Positions 33,501 to 35,326 of a stretch of DNA of 35,326 bases are shown here, piece after piece. The stretch covers positions 1 to 35,326 of the forward strand of contig JAUHYY010000002.1 in the NCBI GenBank assembly GCA_030426295.1, in the 5' to 3' direction. Made by a program: the position numbers and the translations under genes. Position 1 is the stretch's first letter; every line of letters begins with the position of its first letter. The notes below the pieces were generated by a model. That model had not been told where the DNA came from and did no database searches. It saw only the letters and a list, made by a program, of their open reading frames with translations. This DNA is from a bacterium. Lineage in GTDB: Bacteria; Patescibacteriota; Gracilibacteria; UBA1369; GCA-2718715.

Positions 33501-35326
33501 ATCCGCCATGGCTTGAAGGTACTGCTCCAAGTCTTGAAGAAATTATTCCAAGAAATTCTAAGTTGCTGCTTAAATTTAATGAGCCAATTGATTCTTCAGT
33601 GATTAGTACTGATAACTTTGTTGTGTATAACTTTGGTACAGGGCAAGCTCTAACAGGAGATAACTATCAAGTAGTTCAGTCTCAGAGAGATCCTTCTGTG
33701 ATTATGATTAGACCTGCTGTGCCTAAAGGAAGTCAAGATACTCCTTTGTGGCCTGCAAATACAGAGTTAGAAGTTAGAATTGGTGGAGAGGTTAAATCTG
33801 AGTTTGGTTTCCCTCTTGGAGGTGATGGGATTTCTGTGACCTATAATATTAATGGTGCAACTGATGATACTGCTCCAACAATTAAAGCTGCATTGTCAGG
33901 GTTTGCTGCTTCTGAGCCAGCGACATTTACTGATGGTGAAATCAATGTTGCAATTTCAGCTCCAATTTTAACGTTAGTACCTAGTGAAGGTATTGACCCT
34001 ACAACAATTCTAAATGGTATTACTTGTAGTAATAATGTGGATTGTGCGTTTGAATATAATGTTGAAGAGAACCTAATTCAGGTTTACTTCGAAAATGTGA
34101 CAGGGTCTTCGCCAGATGATTCGTTTACAATTACAGCTTCTGGTCTGCAAGATCTTGCTGGTAATACAATTACTGAAAGATCAGCAAGTGTTACATTTAC
34201 AAGTGCTACAGATGATGATGTTCATGTAGTTGATTTCTTTGCTAATCCGTTTGAGGTTATGCTTAAGTTTGATCAATTGATGAATGATTCTACTCTGAGT
34301 CTTACTAACAGTGTCCTTAATAAGGCAAACTACAGTATTAAAGATTCGAATGGAGTGACTGTAAGTATGGATAACGTAATTATTGATTATGATAGAGCTA
34401 CTTCTGAGCTTTACCTTAGAGGTCTTGACCTCGTAGATGCAGGTAGAGTTGATGTAGTTCTAAACTCAAATATCCTATCTAAATTTGGTGATAATTTACT
34501 TGATAATGCTGTATATAAATTAGGTATTGAATCAGCTGATTCATTTGGTGCTCACTTTGATGATGAATTTGATAAAAATTTCTGGTCGACACCAGTTATT
34601 GTTGAGCCGCTAAATAGATTAGCTGGTCAAACTGGAGTACTTCATGTTGAGTTCACTCTTGGTTCTGGTCAAACTATTGAAGATGGTGATCAAGTGATTA
34701 TTACTATGCCAGCTGGGTTTACGACAACTGGAGACCTAGCAGAAGATCCTTTTAGTCCATTTACATCTAATAAATCATTTGATGATAGCAAGAGATTAAA
34801 TTTTGATTCATTCTCTGAATCAGATGCTATTCAAAATAGAGGTGCTCAGACAGCTGATGGTGTATTTGCTAACGGTGGAGTTATTGTAGTTGTTCTTGAT
34901 ACTGAAGATAGTTTCTCTGAAGGTGATGTCATTGCATTTGATTTGAAGGGTATTAAGAATTCATCTGTTGATGGTGATTATGAATTTGGATTAAAAGTTA
35001 AGACTGGTAATGATAATGGTGATATCGTTAAGTATACGCTTTCTCCTCTAGGATTTGATATTCTTGGTGGAGATAGTTATTATAAAGCTGATGTACAAGT
35101 TGTAGGTGGATCTGATCTGGAAGGTGTCACAGTTAATGTTGTAGCAAGAACTCATGCTGGAGACGTTCCAATGAGTGGTGTATTTGATGAAAATGGTGTA
35201 GCAGACTTAGATATTATTATTCCAGTTGCTGGAGAATTTGAAGTGTTTGTTGCTGACCCAACTGTTGGACCTAATGGTGAATATAGGCCACCCAGACAAG
35301 GTCTTAGAATGTATATCGATGATAAC
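30506..35326 (+). CDS. Giant secreted cell-surface protein with repeated Ig-like (SbsA/Big_5-type) modules; 3' end outside the window (at least 1607 aa)
   Basis: ATG 30506. I read the frame codon by codon to 35326 and saw no stop; it is absent from the ORF track because it is open-ended. Signal peptide MDIPLQNLKKRLQKVVSIFAMVTLLATSLPLNIYTALA/QG. Repeated segments of the type SPQHNVPVNAPIYLYFSECISLNENDIKLE and IIPRNSKLLLKFNEPIDSSVISTDNFVVYN. Gly-run linkers. Confidence 0.8.
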   Translation, partial: MDIPLQNLKKRLQKVVSIFAMVTLLATSLPLNIYTALAQGAPPKYESVTVTQSAATDAMGPNMVLLMFDQVLDTENADASMFSIKDVSIQSISTDVWNNKGILLFTDVLVNKGDTVSVKDLPFLTTSNLLTKDVVVGDFSKLNTGDEKLQNVTFSGQDIVIKSENGGTFDSKSSINPLVHGDFGEGLVTYQGVVANTVISGDTVTLTPIADVSAMNLTICLDGLQLSNGTYLLDNCTDVNDGIDGGNEGGGGGGGNQEGITGFYYEVNTPLDYDPKTNKITIRYGIGINNTQNAEYLGFNYYFDDNGQGISSIDISDPKLIESNVLDINNTTVAQLGGPHSITFYQSGGIPSGEGYVDVSFIVDDGNFPDVYYGAFVFTDPNDVYSSIVGGTEYSSGGFGIGQNPQGGGGDPEVSDLSIAYFNAIDSNTVELSFNPTIEDPDNAGNLALQFSDSKNNVVTPSNVTLTDTNLDPLDGIAVVGDYIVLSRSSGMTSGGGYFTIRFDMSLTDGDNVNVFGVLVSDALDPDNSHNGSNVTSSGVIGSFGGQGGGGDEGADALSGATIGSFTTSSATLTFTLGDSGLPANHYIKYSFTSNAVSLVPADGTVSSVVATHAEGNSGSINFSNPDFYFSDGSDISAGMDLSFVADGGFSNAQEGSQVDMTAQLFGNGKDGIPGTGDDIAYGDAVSGSAVIAPDQVQKAVLNKMITSNVSEAIKATDVSQNELRASFSLADSASLENGRFRFYVMQQDLSAPYNITDATLVGTNLTCDESISAVVSDDNSYIDVSCPGTLEQANYTSGLSFSFSLTFGEGAPSPLDAVKVGVMALDSQKQQIGNTLITDDITVGSKGNLGVADEEGATPVSGPCDLDNANQPPFLLYTSPQHNVPVNAPIYLYFSECISLNENDIKLESGGQDIEFEVALDSQPDGESGETIAALAITPTSGLPANSPVVLYIKGAKDADNNPIPINGSVNIDGIDTQIFVMDMFTGVGADFTFDFGNPPWLEGTAPSLEEIIPRNSKLLLKFNEPIDSSVISTDNFVVYNFGTGQALTGDNYQVVQSQRDPSVIMIRPAVPKGSQDTPLWPANTELEVRIGGEVKSEFGFPLGGDGISVTYNINGATDDTAPTIKAALSGFAASEPATFTDGEINVAISAPILTLVPSEGIDPTTILNGITCSNNVDCAFEYNVEENLIQVYFENVTGSSPDDSFTITASGLQDLAGNTITERSASVTFTSATDDDVHVVDFFANPFEVMLKFDQLMNDSTLSLTNSVLNKANYSIKDSNGVTVSMDNVIIDYDRATSELYLRGLDLVDAGRVDVVLNSNILSKFGDNLLDNAVYKLGIESADSFGAHFDDEFDKNFWSTPVIVEPLNRLAGQTGVLHVEFTLGSGQTIEDGDQVIITMPAGFTTTGDLAEDPFSPFTSNKSFDDSKRLNFDSFSESDAIQNRGAQTADGVFANGGVIVVVLDTEDSFSEGDVIAFDLKGIKNSSVDGDYEFGLKVKTGNDNGDIVKYTLSPLGFDILGGDSYYKADVQVVGGSDLEGVTVNVVARTHAGDVPMSGVFDENGVADLDIIIPVAGEFEVFVADPTVGPNGEYRPPRQGLRMYIDDN

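Noticed and set aside
1-35326. Alternative genetic code (UGA recoding, as in some CPR lineages)
   Set aside because: Long conserved genes (umuC, nadE, the phosphohexomutase, the 1331-aa ORF, the surface protein) are uninterrupted under the standard code, and several genes end in TGA at sensible positions.

Overview
This is an AT-rich bacterial chromosome segment, and standard code 11 gives long intact ORFs. The gene style (compact housekeeping genes, an archaeal-type NMN adenylyltransferase, an RRM RNA-binding protein, very large secreted or acidic proteins) suggests an uncultured, CPR/Patescibacteria-like lineage; the lineage call is inference only.

Contents from left to right:
- PBP 3' end, then rpmG.
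- A umuD'-umuC-MGMT damage-tolerance operon.
- A 1331-aa acidic orphan protein whose C-terminus looks like a class I glutamine amidotransferase.
- A hydrolase-less RelA/SpoT (synthetase+TGS) gene that overlaps a PAS-PAS-PAS-GAF sensor gene with no output domain.
- An RRM protein, membrane and CAP-domain proteins, a deaminase, an AEC transporter and a TrmB regulator.
- A ~6.4-kb integrative island inserted in tRNA-Thr(GGU).
- padR-pspC, an M50 protease, rpmB, DUF1761, SpoU/TrmH, smpB, nadE plus NMNAT, and a phosphohexomutase.
- The first 1607 codons of a giant secreted Ig-like-repeat surface protein that runs off the window.

The island is the most unusual region:
- It is bounded by a perfect 46-nt direct repeat of the tRNA 3' part.
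- It carries two tyrosine recombinases and a recombinase-less Fic (AMPylase-type) cassette.
- The Fic cassette is bracketed by two ~109-nt direct repeats, each starting at the anticodon-loop crossover core.
- It also holds a ~120-nt strongly inverted-repeat element, a Zn-ribbon orphan protein and small membrane proteins.
- An orphan 5' half of a second tRNA-Thr lies just outside it.

No rRNA and no CRISPR array were seen.
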